Part shown: positions 1 through 13,010 of the stretch, piece by piece
How positions within the stretch are numbered: position 1 is the stretch's first letter
Layout of the letters: the number at the start of each line of letters is the position of its first letter
NCBI GenBank assembly: GCA_028534125.1
Contig: CM052818.1
Location: 30,320,001 to 30,384,000 of the forward strand
Source of the DNA: Lama glama
Taxonomy: Eukaryota
DNA: 64,000 bases
Reading direction: 5' to 3'
The notes under the pieces: model-generated
Told to the model about the DNA's origin: nothing
The model's input: only the letters and a program-made list of their open reading frames with translations
Database searches by the model: none
Program-made: the position numbers and the translations under genes

Positions 1-1384
1 TTTTATTATTCTCATTGCTGGGATCATGCCTTTATCATAAAAATCAGAAGAGCACTCTATATTTATGTCTTTAAAAACCCATTTGGTATGTTCCTTGGTA
101 CACTAACATTTGTGAGATGAGGATGGTGGTAAGAGTACCTAGGCATGGGGTTTAGTACTGAAGACAAGGGGACTCCAGGTGGAGTAATTGCCTTCCTATA
201 TTAGGCACCAAAAGATACTTCCTTGGAAACTGATTTACCAAATGTGGTATATTTCAAGATCTTCTTGGGACGTGGTTGTTGTCCCATCACACAAACTGTG
301 TTCAGTGGGTCCATTTACATTCAATAAATCCTATGTATTTCTCTGCAGACACATATGTATGTGTGTATGCACATGCATGTGTGTGTATGTATGTGCTAGA
401 GCATGTTCTTTATTTCTCTGAGCACTTTACTTCCCACAAGCCATTTAATAGAAAAAAAAAACAATAGAAACAATGGGTAGAACATTATAAAAATGAAGTA
501 CTTAGGTGTAAATAGAATGTCTCACAATTATATAATTTCAGTTTATAAAGCAGTTTCACCTATCTCATCTCATTTGATTCTGTGAAGTAAGAATTTTTAT
601 CATAATTATACATGTGAAAAAACAGGAAGCTCAGAAGAGTTAAACTATTTGCTTAATTCCACATGGTAAATAAGTGAAGGAACCAGGTTTTAATATTTAT
701 CTAATCCCGAATCAAATCTTTCTCTACTTCACTTGTTGTATGATTCCTAAGTAGGTGTTGCTTGTCTAAATAGGTTAATATTTTATGCATGGAATTTGCA
801 TCATGTCTGTAAAAAGTGGATCAAGAACAGTAGCTTTTCTTTATTACTCTAGATTCTAGAATTCTAGTTCTAGATTCTAGTTCTAGAATCTATAACTACT
901 ATCTCTCTAAAACCCCAAGAAAGGTAGGAAAGGCCAGAAACTAGTACTTTGATGTAACTGCTTGCTTTCCCTATAAATTCACTTCTTTTGAAAAAATATT
1001 GAATATAAGAAGCAAAAAATACAAAGATGAATATAATAAGATCTTTACCTTTGAAGAACTAAAAAATCTAATTGTGTGTAACTAAAGAAAATATAAGGCA
1101 GGATGAGGTAAGTACCATAATAAAAATAAATAATAGGAGCAGGTGAGAGGAGTCAGGTTAGTGCAAGTCCAAATAAGAGGTAATGTTCTTCTCATTCTTT
1201 TAATTTTAATTTTTCCCACTCTAGACAGTACTCAGGTATTGCAAATTTCTGTCATATGATGGCTCTCAGGGTCATCCTCTTATAGAATGTTTAATTTCAT
1301 ATCAAAACTCAGGATTCTGCAATATTTTGAATTAATTTTATACTTTTGTTGCTAATTTACATCATTTCTAGCTGTTATTTATTT

Positions 1385-1535
1385 AAATTTTTTTCTCATT
1401 TATTTTTAAATTTATTCTTAATTTTTTTTGTGGGGGAGGCAATTAGGTTTATTTATTTTAATGGAGGTACTGGGGTTTGAACCCAGGACCTTGTGCATAC
1501 TAGGCATGCACTCTACCACTGAGCTGTACCATCCC
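1385..1535 (-). mobile_element. tRNA-derived SINE, camelid vic-1-like
   Basis: Reverse complement of a tRNA-like head with A/B boxes (AGCTCAGTGGTAGAG...GGTTCAAACCCC) followed by CCTAATTGCCTCCCCC and an A-rich tail. Confidence 0.8.
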
Positions 1536-2929
1536 ACTATTTACTTTTATTTTTGTTTTTTGTCCAGCTGTCTGCTGCTATGGCTTGTTCTCTGAATCTT
1601 TCAATTAATATGTTATAAATGTAAAGACTTTAGTGAAGCTTTTTTGTAAATCACACCAATAACTTTTCTCTAGATTGAGAGAAGCCTGGCTGATAGTTAA
1701 TTTTTCTGTGCTGTTTCCTTCAGTCATCATTTTTATATTGCCCATTTTTTCTTCAGTATTGTCAGTGTCTTTATTAAAATCCAATTTTTACTATGTATCA
1801 ACTCAATATATATTGTGTGCCTGTGATGTACTAGGCACTCTGTGAAGTACAAAGATAAATAAAACAAGATCCCTGTTCTGAAGGAGCTCACAGTCTAGCT
1901 TCTTACTTTACTAAAACTTCAGTACTTAGAAAATGTAAATTAGCAGCTTTCAGTTACTTTTTGGAATTTGGAAGTTTTTACAGAGTGCCTGCCATGTATT
2001 GGGAAATGTATGGACATATAATAATATAACAATGCACATTAACTGTTCTCGTAAGTTGTCCTAATTATTCTCTGGTTTTACTTGCTGTTATTTCCCATTC
2101 CAGAAAAGCATTTAATCTTAATTTGAGTTAATACATGTACTAGTCAGTTTCTATATCCTATACATAAACATCTACATCTTTGCATCAGTTCTACATGAAA
2201 AATCCTCAAAGTGCCATATGGCAGTAGTCACCAATCACAATACTAATCAAGTATACATTATAAAATAAAGCTTTAAAAATGTACCGACACGTCTGGCTCC
2301 TTAACAAATTTAATTTACTGTAGATTTTTAGCCATGCAGTTTTTACAGAGTAGAAAAATTACGTTGTATTCTACCTTTTAAAAAACTTGATGTTATAATC
2401 AAAACTATTTCTGTATTTCGAGTCATGGCTTTTATACTATTATACTGGTATGCCATAATTTAGTTTCCAAATATTTTATATGAAGTTTTAAAATTTTCAT
2501 ATTATAAAATGCAACTACAAATGGGATTGTTGAATCAAAAAGGCAGGCACTTTAATGAGTGTATCATTTATATTTACATTAAAATAAATGAGATTTTTTG
2601 GAATTAGAACAATCCTATTTACTAAATCCTGTTGGCTATTTACAAATGTGTGTAGGAGGCAAATTATCTTTTGTATTTTCACAAACACAATAGTATCAAT
2701 AGTATCACGGTTTGGAAAACGAGTTGCATATTGCTAATTTTGATACATATGTACAGTAGCACTAACACTGCATGTTCACATATTAAAGGACTTGAATAGA
2801 AACTCTTTAACACTGCTTCTTCCCCCAACGTTGGCTTTAGAGTAAAACGCTGACATTCTTTCGTAGACTGTTGAGTTTTGGGTTTGTGATTTTCTAGTGA
2901 GAACTATCCAGCAAGTAGTTTCGGTTCCG

Positions 2930-3520
2930 CGAGGAAGAGCTTCGGCAGCTTTCAGGCAGCACCAAGAGCTGACCGGGCCAAACCCCTGCCAGCTGGCCTC
3001 GTCACTGGGTCTACGGCTGGAGTAGCGCTTGCTCTGGGTAGGCAGCTCGAGGAAGATTCTCTCCCAGCACCTAGGACCAGATCTCGGGCAGGACTCTGCA
3101 CACCGCATAGACCGAGGTAGATTCAGGACCGGCCTGGGTCCCTCCCCAGCCCGAGGCCCGCTGGGGAGTTCTGCGCAGGCGCAGCAGTAGTGCGACGTCC
3201 GTCACTTACGGCGGAAGCGGTTTGTGCTGGGAGTTGGTGGCGCGGTGCAGGGCTCTTAGGAACCAACGGCTTGGGCGCGGGTAATCAGCTCCCTTTCCCC
3301 GTTTCCCTACCTCTTCTAGGTTCTCGGTACTGCCGCGGAGCTTCCGGACCTGATGCGGGCGCCCGATCGTGGACTGTCCCATCCTGCTCCTGTTCTGCTC
3401 CGGGTGCTCCCGCGCCCAGGTGGGGGTGAGGGGCGGGGTCGGGGGCTGGGCTGGACTCCATCCTGGCGTCTTCGTGTTGAAATCTCCCTGGTAACTCACA
3501 GTTTTTCTTGTTTTCCAGGA
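2930..3520 (+). promoter_or_regulatory. DPY30: DPY30 CpG-island promoter (TATA-less) with NRF1, CRE-half and ETS motifs
   Basis: CpG-rich stretch in an AT-rich background. TGCGCAGGCGCA (NRF1-type) at 3172-3183, CGTCA at 3200-3204 and CGGAAG (ETS/GABP core) at 3212-3217 lie directly upstream of the DPY30 exons. Confidence 0.8.
3205..3280 (+). other. DPY30: DPY30 non-coding exon 1 (5' boundary approximate)
   Basis: Ends CGCGG|GTAATC (donor at 3281) and can splice to the acceptor TTTTCCAG|GACTGG (exon 2 starts at 3519). The TSS cannot be fixed from sequence. Confidence 0.6.
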
Positions 3521-3555
3521 CTGGTATCCGGGAACTGTGACTTGCAGGGTCTACC

Positions 3556-3591
3556 ATGGAGCCAGAGCAGATGCTGGAAGGACAGACGCAG
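3556..3591 (+). CDS. DPY30: DPY30 coding exon 1 (MEPEQMLEGQTQ), core subunit of COMPASS/MLL H3K4 methyltransferase complexes
   Basis: Strong Kozak accATGG at 3556. Translation matches the mammalian DPY30 N-terminus. GT donor at 3592, phase 0. Confidence 0.96.
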
Positions 3592-3674
3592 GTACCAGGA
3601 GGCCCTGGATTCATGGTGGCAGTTTGCAGCAAGAAATAGTGGCTGATAGCTCTGACCTGTGTTTTGTTTTTTAG

Positions 3675-3722
3675 GTTGCAGAAAATCCCCACTCTGAGTA
3701 TGGTCTCACAGACAACGTCGAG
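3675..3722 (+). CDS. DPY30: DPY30 coding exon 2 (VAENPHSEYGLTDNVE)
   Basis: TTTTAG acceptor at 3673-3674, GAG|GTAAC donor, 83-nt preceding intron, in frame. Confidence 0.96.
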
Positions 3723-5269
3723 GTAACTCGTGCCGTTCCTATGCCGTATCTTTGCATCTCTTATGAGCTGCAGAAAACTTGGGATCCTTTTTTTTCTTGT
3801 TTTTACTAGGTTGCTTTGCATCAGGGAAAACTTTATCGTCATGAACCAAATAGTATCAAATTACGGGCAGCTTGTTTTATTTGCTGTACTGATACTTCGT
3901 GGTACAAATTAGCTTCGAGTCAAGAGGTTGAACTTCGAAAATGATAAAGAGAAACAAACATACATTACTAATGGAGACTGTCAGAATAGTTTTGCTTGGT
4001 GGTTATTAATGCGCTGTTGGAATATTGCATTGGAAAAACTGCACATCAAAGTTAAGAAACCCATTGTTTTTGTGGCAGAATAGTGCGTTGGTGGAGTCAA
4101 CATTTAGTAAATGTTGATTTTCAAAGTTCAGTAGCAGATGCCTTTGGAAGCTATAACATACGTAGGAGACACTGTTTTTGCCGTACATGGTGAAGTCTGA
4201 ATTCACAAGAGTACATGTGAAAAACGTACAAAAGAAGTTACACTTTTATAGAGCTTTTTCGTATAGGTGCAAAGAGGTTGTTGTCTAAAAGTAGAAGTTA
4301 CTTTGTAAGAGAATGGATAAATGCTGGAACAGTTGTATTAGCTATAGCTAGGTGGGATTGGTTGGGAAAGTAGAGAGTTCCTGGAGAAGATGTGTGTGTT
4401 TCATTTAGAAAAAAAAAAAAGACATTATTGGTAATTAAGTTTGGATAAATGAAGGCAGGATCATTTCCAAGCAGAGTAATGATAGTAACAGCTGCTAATA
4501 TTTATTTAGCCATTTTAACTCTGTGCCAGGCACACTCCTAAGTAACTTGCATGTATTTTCAGCCTTACAAGGCTCAAAGCTGTTGAATAACTTGTCTGAG
4601 GTCACCAGGAAGTAAGTGGAGAGCTGTGTGTTAAGCCTAGGCATGCTGACATTTTTGAGGTGGGATTAAATTATATTGCTGATCTTGACCAACTCCTAGA
4701 GTTCGCTGGTGTGTAAAATGACTGCTCTATGCTTATAAAATTGCTTGGAATGTTTATTGGTTTGATATCAGTGGTAAGAGAATGTCTCTTTTCATAATGC
4801 AGTTTTTAATTGAGCTACTGTTCTGAATCGGGTGAAGATTCTCTACACCACTTTGTTCTAGTCATTTAAGAGACTTCTTTTGAGGTATCAGCAATCTTTT
4901 CTTGCTGCTGCTTGTATATCAAGTAGAGCAGTGATACCAAATGCTTTTTATCAAACCCTGATACCAACTTCCATGGTAAAGAGAGAAAAAAATGAGAAGA
5001 GACTGTTTGATGATACATAATTGGTGACTGGTTTTCTAACTTCTATAATTTTAAAGTACTTGTTCTTTTATGAATTAACGGTGATAATAAAATAATAATT
5101 ATGCTTGTTCGTATGATTTTACTTGGTGAAATAGAGTTAACAACCCTATGTTAGTCCCTTCATTCATTGTATTATTTTTAGTTTACTTGTTTGTGGTATC
5201 TGAAAGTCTGGAAACCACTACTCTAGCTGCTGCTGCTTTTTCTCCTATGATTCCATTTGATTTCGTTTA

Positions 5270-6870
5270 TTGACTTGTAATTTTTTTAGGTGATTGCTTT
5301 AGGATTTACAGTACACAAGTTTAACTTCCCACAATTTACCTTCAAATGTTGTATATTTTCATGTATGGTATAAAGACCTTACACCAGTATCCTTCCATTT
5401 CTGCTCTCCTGGCTTGTATACTATTATTTTCATATATTGTGCTTCTACAGATGTTATAAACCCTGCAATTGATTATTTTTATTTTTTTCCTTTAAAAAGT
5501 CCCTTATCTTTAAAGAGATTTAAACAGTAAGAGAAAGGATTGTTTCACATTTAGCCATGTAGTTATCATTTCTGGGCTCTTCATTCTTTTGTGTAGATCC
5601 AGGTTTCCATCTGGTATCATTTTCCTTGCCCCTGAAGGGCTTTCTTTAACATGTATTGTAGTGGAGGTCTGCTAGTAAGGCATTCTTTAAGGTTCTGAAT
5701 GTCTGAAAAGTTAAATACTTTGCTTTTGTTTTTGAGTTACTTTTGCTGAGTGTAGATTTACTCCAGTGTCTCCTGGCTGATACTGTTTCTGATGTGAAGT
5801 TTGCTATCATACCAATCTTTGCTCCTCTTTAGTTAATGTCTTCTCTTGGGGCTTTCAAGATTTTATTACTGGTTTTGATTATAAGTAATTTGATTATGAT
5901 GTATTTTGGTGCACTTTTTTTTTTTTAATATTTCTTGTGCTTAGGATTCATTGAGTTCCTTGGATCTTTGGTTTAGAGTTTTCATGAAATTTGAAAAAAA
6001 TTTTAGCCATTTCTTCAAATATTTTCAAATGTTTTGTTAGCTTAATGTACTCATTCTTCTGTCTTTCTGAACATGTGGAATATATTATAATAACTGTCTT
6101 AATGACATTGTCTGTGTCATCATCTGTATCACTGCTGAGTCTCTTTCTGTGGATTGGGTTTTCTTTTCATTATGGGTAATATTTTCTTGCTTCTTTGCCT
6201 ATTTGGTAATTTTTATTGGCAGCTGGGCATTGTGAACTTTACTTTGTTGGGTAGTGGCTATGTTTATATTTCTTCAAACATTCTTGAGCGTTGTCTTAGG
6301 ATACAGTTAAGTTCCTTGGAAACAATTTGATCCTTTTGAGTTTTGCCTTTAAGCTTTTTTTAGATGGGGCCAGACCACCTTAAAAAAGGTTTCTTCCTCT
6401 TGTGTATTCTACTCAATGCTTCGTGTTTATGAGGTTTTCCCAATTCTGGGTTACAGGACCATGAACTACTGGCCTATGTGGGTTCCAGGGATTTTTGCCT
6501 CTTGCTTCTTCCAAGTGGTTTTTTGCCCCTTAGCCTTGGGTAGTTCCCTCCAATAACACACTGATAAGTACTCATCTGATAAATGATAAGAATTCACTCT
6601 CTTTAGTCTTTTTCCATGCCACTCTCTCCTCTCCATTGCAACTCTCCTCTTCAGTACTCTGCCCTCAAACTCTGGTTGTCTTGGTCTCCCTGAATTTTCA
6701 ACTCTGTTTTCTCATCATAGGGAGCCTGCAGGGCTCTGCTTGGGTTCCTTTTCTCTGGGTTGCGTTGTGTAAGTTCTCCAGGCAGGATGCAGTAAGCTGG
6801 GGAAATCATAAGACTCACCTCCTTTTTTTCAGTTTTTGTGATCACTGTTCTACACTGTTAACAGTTTTGT
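5270..6870 (-). mobile_element. Ancient L1 (L1M-type) fragment
   Basis: T-rich sequence with antisense L1M-like phrases (e.g. GGATTCATTGAGTTCCTTGGATC, TAGCCATTTCTTCAAATATTTT). Boundaries approximate. Confidence 0.55.
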
Positions 6871-6887
6871 TTGTTTGTTTGGATATA

Positions 6888-7128
6888 CAATTGACTCTTG
6901 AACGACATAAGTTTGAACTGTGTGGGTCCACTTATACATGGATTTTTTTCAGTAGTAAATACTATAGTACTTCACGATCCCTGGTTGGTTTAATCTGTGG
7001 GCCTACAGATAGAGAACCATGGATACAGAGGAACTGCCTACAGGCGGGCCAATTATAAATTAGTCACAGATTTTTGACTGCACAGAGAGGGCCGGTGCCC
7101 TAACCCCTGTATTGTTCAAGGTTCAATG
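6888..7128. mobile_element. Tigger-derived MITE (MER8-like)
   Basis: Imperfect TIRs CAATTGACTCTTGAAC...GTTCAAGGTTCAATG, flanked by TA on both sides; about 240 bp. Confidence 0.7.
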
Positions 7129-7665
7129 TATATTTTTTTAGATTAATTGAGGATTTTCAGTTAACTAAAATTAAGCATAGTAATTGGTGCATAGTGGTTA
7201 TTCAGTAAATGTTTGGATGAAATAAATGAGAGGATTTGGTTAAGGAGTTTATTACAGGATCCATAGGAGTTGCTTAGGCATTGCTGTTCTTATTGAAGGC
7301 ACTGGGACGTCATGAAACTGACTAGTTTTTGTCATATTTGAGTACTATCTGTTGAAATTTACTGATGAACAATAAGTTTCTTAATCCATGGGCAAATACA
7401 TAGCTATTTTATACATTAAGTGTAGATAATTATTTTCTTATTAAGTCGCAAATTAGATTGAAAAATCATAAGCAAAACTAGAAGAGTTGCCTGACATCGC
7501 TCTGGGAAGTGTCTTTGGAAACCATGGTACTTTTTACAAATTAAATCTTAAAACAAGTGTAGAAAAAATTTTTTTGGTATTACTGACTCATTGATATCCA
7601 GTTTGAGTATGATTGGAGGAAAAGTTCATTTAAATGAAAGTACTTTTAATAGTTTTTGTCTTTTA

Positions 7666-7963
7666 CTGAAACAGACTCACAGATGTAGAAAACAAACTTA
7701 TGGTTACCAGAGGGGGAGGGGGTGGGGAGGGATAAATTGGGAGTTAAAGATTTGCTGATACTGACTGGTATATATAAAATACACAAACAAGTTTATACTG
7801 TATAGCACAGGGAACTATATTTGATATCTTGTAGTAACTTATGGTGAAAAAGAATATGAAAATGAATGTATGTATGTTCATGTATGACTGAAGCATTATG
7901 CTGTATACCAGAAATTGACAGAACATTGTAAACTGACTACAATAAAAAAAAAAGTTAAAAAAT
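7666..7963 (+). mobile_element. 5'-truncated lineage-specific L1 3' end
   Basis: L1 3'UTR text (ACAGACTCACAGA...AGCACAGGGAACTAT...ACATTGTAAACTGACTAC), A-tail, and 18-bp TSD AATAGT(T/C)TTTGTCTTTTA at 7648-7665 and 7964-7981. Confidence 0.85.
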
Positions 7964-9172
7964 AATAGTCTTTGTCTTTTAGATAGCCACTTATTTCTAA
8001 ATTTTTTAAATGGTACATTTTTGAAGGAAGGCAAAGTTTTTCAATAAAATAGTTTTTGATGCTCTAGATGTCAGATGAATCTATATGAAAGGTCCAGAAT
8101 TTGGGGGTTCTTAGGAATATAAGTCATTGTTTCCTAAACATCATTTAAATATCACATTAATGATCTTTCATATATTAGTCATTTCTCCTTTTTTTAGCTA
8201 TTATTTACTTATATTTTTTGTTAAATTTATTCACTTGAAAAATTACAGATGCATTTCTTTAAAAAAAGAAACAAATGGAAAAACATTCTCACTGTGGTAG
8301 AGGGTAACCATAAAAATGAAGATAGTGAATAGAAAACAGTAGTAATATTCTTATCAGTTGTAAGAGAGGTGCAGGGCTGATAAAGGGGATCTAAATAGGG
8401 CACCAGCAGCGTCCACTAAAGCCCGTTAATATCAAGATAAATTTCAACTTTTCCAAGTTGGTTAACTTCAGATACTTTATCCTTATTTTAAGATGTAAAA
8501 TTTCAAATAAGTAATAACGTGGATTGTGAAACAGTTAATATATGAATAGATGTAATTAAAAGTGACTATAAAGAAAAAAGAACAATCAATTAAAAAGCCT
8601 CAAAACAGTGGTAATGAATTTTGCTAGATTCTGTTGGCAGTTGACGGCTCTGAGCCTGAAGCTTGCTCTCTCTCTGTTAAGGGAGTTCAGCAAGTGTTGC
8701 GGAAGTGTTAAAGACATATTAGTACCAAACTGAGACTTTGTCCTTGATGTTATCTGCGATGAAAAAATTGAAACAACACTAGCTTTCTTACTCTAATTCA
8801 ATGCTACTTAGTGTCATGTTCAGATTTTTTTTTTTTGAAGCACGCCATAAGAAGGTGTTCTCATGAAAAACAAAACAAAACAAAAAAAACCTTGTATTTA
8901 TTCCTAAAAGGCAGAAGGAAAGAGAAAATTGTAGGATCTGGAGATATACCATTACAAAAAGTGAGATATGGTGCCTTCAGAGAGAAAATGCTTGAATGAA
9001 ATTTAGGGATGGGTCTGATTTTATTTTGGCAGAGAGATTTATAGCTCAATGCCAGCTTTTTAGTCATTGATTTACCTTTTCTATTAGTGTTATATATCCA
9101 TTAATTTTGGTTTAGCACTCAAAATAATCTACTTATCTTTTAATATTCATGCATGTTTCTTGAATTCACCAG

Positions 9173-9315
9173 AGGATAGTAGAAAATGAGAAAATTAATG
9201 CAGAAAAGTCATCAAAACAGAAAGTGGATCTCCAGTCTTTGCCAACTCGTGCCTATCTGGATCAGACAGTTGTGCCTATCTTATTGCAAGGACTTGCTGT
9301 GCTTGCAAAGGAAAG
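9173..9315 (+). CDS. DPY30: DPY30 coding exon 3 ([48 protein letters not shown])
   Basis: CAG acceptor (AG at 9171-9172), AAG|GTAAG donor, phase 2. Contains the Dpy-30 motif [19 protein letters not shown]. Confidence 0.97.
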
Positions 9316-10689
9316 GTAAGATAATAGTGTCTACAAATGGAGTTACCAGAAAAAGCAAAATAAAAACTTCCCTAGTTGAAATATCGTTAGTCATGTATAG
9401 TTATTTTTTACTGTATAAAGAATTTATAGATACTATTTTTTTTTTAAAGAAGTCAGCCATAATCTCAATTCAGACACTTATTTTTTCTACTGGTCTTAGA
9501 TCATACGCATATCTGTAAGGATTTGTAATCGTGGTATACATATAATTTTATATTTCCTTTTTACTTAAAATTATAACAAAATTTTTTCCATATTTCTACA
9601 GAGCCTTCATGATTATAAATGAAATTATAATAATACCACAGTTAACTTAGCTACTTTCCTACTGTTAAACATTTAAGTCTAATTTCCTTTGTTATTGTTG
9701 GTCACCAGGCAGCTTATCTGTTTTCATACTCTTGCTTCTGTTTACTTACTTTCTTATGATAAATTTCTAAGAGTTGGTTTGCTAACTCAAATGACATGAC
9801 TATTTTTATAGTGTTTGACACATAATATCGTATTTTTGTCCAAAAGTTTATCCTTAAAATTCTTCCAATGTCATCATAGCCTCAACAGCATGAGTGTTCT
9901 AAACTTTTTTGCCAACTTGTTTTAATTTACATTTCTTTATGAGCAAGATTACAGTTTTTCTTTTTCTGTACATGTTTTTCTCAGTAGTTCTACTTAAATT
10001 CTTTTTGTATAAGTAAATCCAAAATAAATTTTTTGTAAGTTACATTAGTCAACATTTATTGGGTGTAAATTATGTTTTTCTTGAACACTGTAGCATACTG
10101 ACATAACTTGATAAGGAGCTTGACGGAAACATATCTTATAGTAAGAGTGAATTATTGATTTAGAATAGCTATATTAATTAGTTTTAAATTAAAAAATTGA
10201 CTGAATAAACATTAAATCTTTGTTTTAGATTGTTATATTTATAAAATAGGATTTATTTATGGCTACAAGCAAGATATGTCTTGGCTTTAGTATTGGCAAT
10301 TAAAATATGGGCATCTTTTATACTTTTTTGTTCTTTCTCTAAAGAAGGCATATATATTTTAATTCTATATATTTTAAATGCTAGAAGAAAAAAAGTTTTT
10401 AAGTAACATGCTATTGGTAAATACTATTTTTAACTAAGGCATTTTTGCAAAATAATTAATCAAATTAACCATAAATATTATGTGACAAGTGTTATCTCTG
10501 TCTAGTTAGTTCAAAAGGCTGTTTAAAGTGCTAAGAGAATGTTTTGAGATCATTCTAAATCAATTCTAATTATGCCTTTTCATAGTGGGTTTAAAAAGAG
10601 ACATTTCCCCCAACTTTTCATCTTTAGACTTGTTTTATCAGCAAGAATAACATATGTAAAAGTGATAAATATGAAGTAACACCTCTTAA

Positions 10690-11020
10690 AATTTTTTTCC
10701 AGTTTTATTGAGAAAAAGTTGACATACATCACTGTGTAAGTTTAAGGTGTACAGCACGATGGTTTGATTTACATATATTGTAAAATGATTACTATGTAGG
10801 TTTCCTTAGCATCCATTATCTCATGTATAGACACAATGAAAAGAAAAAAGAAAAATTTTTTTTTTGTGCTAAGAACTCTTAGGAGCTACTCTCTTAACAA
10901 CTTTCCCATATATTGTACAGCAGTGTTAACTATAGTCATCGTGTTGTACATTACCTCCCTAGTACTTATAACTGGAATTTTGTACCTTTTGACCACCTTC
11001 CTCCAAGTCCTGCTCTAGCC
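10690..11020 (-). mobile_element. L1 3' end (L1MA9-like)
   Basis: Antisense L1 3'UTR; TSD CACCTCTTAA at 10680-10689 and 11021-11030, the latter followed by TTTT/AA. Confidence 0.75.
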
Positions 11021-11708
11021 CACCTCTTAATTTTAAAATATGTTTAACTTCCTAGGTTTTCTGTGTGGTGGCAGTATTAGAGTTATTATTGATTTAAATA
11101 TTTGAAGAAAAATAGAAGTGACTTTTTGAAAAGAAACATAACAGAGCTTATTGTCCAAATGAGTATTGCTTCCTTTGATTAGTAACTTGGGGAATTCATC
11201 TACATGGCTCAGTGATGCTATAGCCATTTCCAAAACAAAAACATACTGATTGTCTACTCTTATTGAAGGATAATACTTATACAGAAAATTACAAATACCA
11301 TAGGTGTACAGCTTGATGAGTTTTCAGAAAACAGATATACTCAGGTAACTTGCACTCAGATCAAGTAAGTGAATAATACTGCCAGCACCCCAGAAGCCTC
11401 TTTGTGACTCCTTCAAGTCGTTACTCCCCTGGGATAATCATCATTCCATTGTCAGTAAATTTTTGAAACTTGTGTTTTAGAATTGAGTTCATAACTAGAT
11501 TTATGTTGTACAGAAACTTCAGTCTCTTTAATCTATGTTGTTGGCTACCTTGCTTGCCTATCTCATTTACCATATTTACTACAAATGGCCTTTGAGTGGA
11601 AAATGAGAATTAAACTTAGAAAGATGTCTTTCCATTATAGAACAATACATTTAACTGAACACATCTCAAATAAAAATTTCTAAATTTTGAATTTCTTTTC
11701 CTTTACAG

Positions 11709-11781
11709 ACCACCAAATCCCATTGAATTTCTAGCATCATATCTTTTAAAAAACAAGGCACAGTTTGAAGATCGAAACTGA
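11709..11781 (+). CDS. DPY30: DPY30 last coding exon ([23 protein letters not shown])
   Basis: Pyrimidine tract plus TTACAG acceptor, TGA at 11779-11781. Spliced CDS is 36+48+143+73 = 300 nt, i.e. 99 aa plus stop. Confidence 0.97.
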
Positions 11782-12037
11782 CTTATTGGGAAGAACAGAA
11801 AAATTTGGTTTCTACTGTAGATTTAAATGATTAAGAGGCAGCTTTAATTGCCATGATCCCCCCCCCCTCCTGCTTTTTGGAAGTATATGAACCTTCAGGA
11901 CAACAGAACTCATTTCCAGAGTTGCAGAAGAAAACATATTCCCTGTACTGATTTAATCACCATACTTATTTAATGAGTGTATCCTGTGCAATTTTTTCTC
12001 AGATTGTCTTTAACTTTGTTTTTAAAATGACCTTCAA

Positions 12038-12043
12038 AATAAA
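12038..12043 (+). terminator. DPY30: DPY30 polyadenylation signal AATAAA
   Basis: Canonical hexamer about 260 nt after the stop, followed by a U/GU-rich downstream stretch (GTTTTTGTT at about 12072). Confidence 0.75.
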
Positions 12044-12771
12044 CTGTTAAAACATCATTACTTTTAAAGCAGTTTTTGTTCTATATGACAGTTTATATGG
12101 TTCAGTTGTTTTCATGTATTACTTATTTCTTGTGTCTTAGAATGCTGCAGAGTTTTACAGTAGTGTGAAAATACACCAGAGTCAAGTAGAATATAAAAAA
12201 AATCTCAGCCGGTTTTTCTAGTGTTGTTCCTGGACCTCTGGGAGATTGGGGATCTTCAATTTTTAACAAAACATCACAGTTGATTCTAATGCACAATAAA
12301 GTTGGAATACTATTAGAAGCATTTCAGAGGGTGTCTGATATCCTTCAATACTATCAACCTTTGTGGTATTAATATAATAATAGCCATCATTTATTGAAAT
12401 TCTACTAAATGCTAGGCACAGAATTATTTTACTTAAGTCATCTCTAATGTAGCAACTCTGCAAAGTAGATACTGTTATTCCCATTTTGCAGATGAGGAAA
12501 CAGATTTGGAGAAGTGACTTGCTCAAGACTGCATTGCTGGTAAGTGCTTGAATGAGGATTCACACCCAATTTTACCAATGTGTTGCTGATAGCTAAGTGA
12601 GAAGTGCTTATACTAGTTAACATATTGCTTCTTTTTGAAATAAAAAACGCCAGCCAGCCATTTTTTGGGGTCTGCTCACTTTGTCCTGTATGAAGAAATT
12701 GAGATAATGCACTAGCTTAGAAAAGAGAAAACTGTCTGAAGAGAGCCAGGAAGGAAAAATACTCATTAGAG

Positions 12772-13010
12772 CAGTGGTTCTCAGCTAAGAGTGAGTGATT
12801 TTGCCCCCTCTCTCTCCAAAGGATAGTTGGCAATGACCAGAAGCATTTTGGGTGTCACAGCTGAAGTAAGGTGGGGCTCTACTGGCGTCTAGTGGGTGAT
12901 GGCCAGAGATGTTGCTAATTGTGTTAACAATAAACAGGACAGCCTGCGTGCCCCACCTATCCCTTAAATCATCCAGCTCAAGGTTTCAGTGCTAAGGTTG
13001 GGAAACCTTG
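12772..13010. mobile_element. MER20-like hAT-Charlie MITE
   Basis: CAGTGGTTCTCA start, internal CTACTGGCGTCTAGTGGGT..GGCCAGAGATGTTGCTAA, and end CTAAGGTTGGGAAACCTTG. Confidence 0.75.

Noticed and set aside
3281..3319. Apparent mini-intron GTAATC...TTCTAG
   Set aside because: 39 nt is below the practical minimum for mammalian spliceosomal introns.
2776..3912. ORFs of 60-185 aa around the DPY30 promoter
   Set aside because: GC-rich shadow ORFs that cross splice sites, with no recognisable domain.
9186..9518. 110-aa ORF overlapping DPY30 coding exon 3
   Set aside because: Alternative frame of the exon running into the intron; no independent support.
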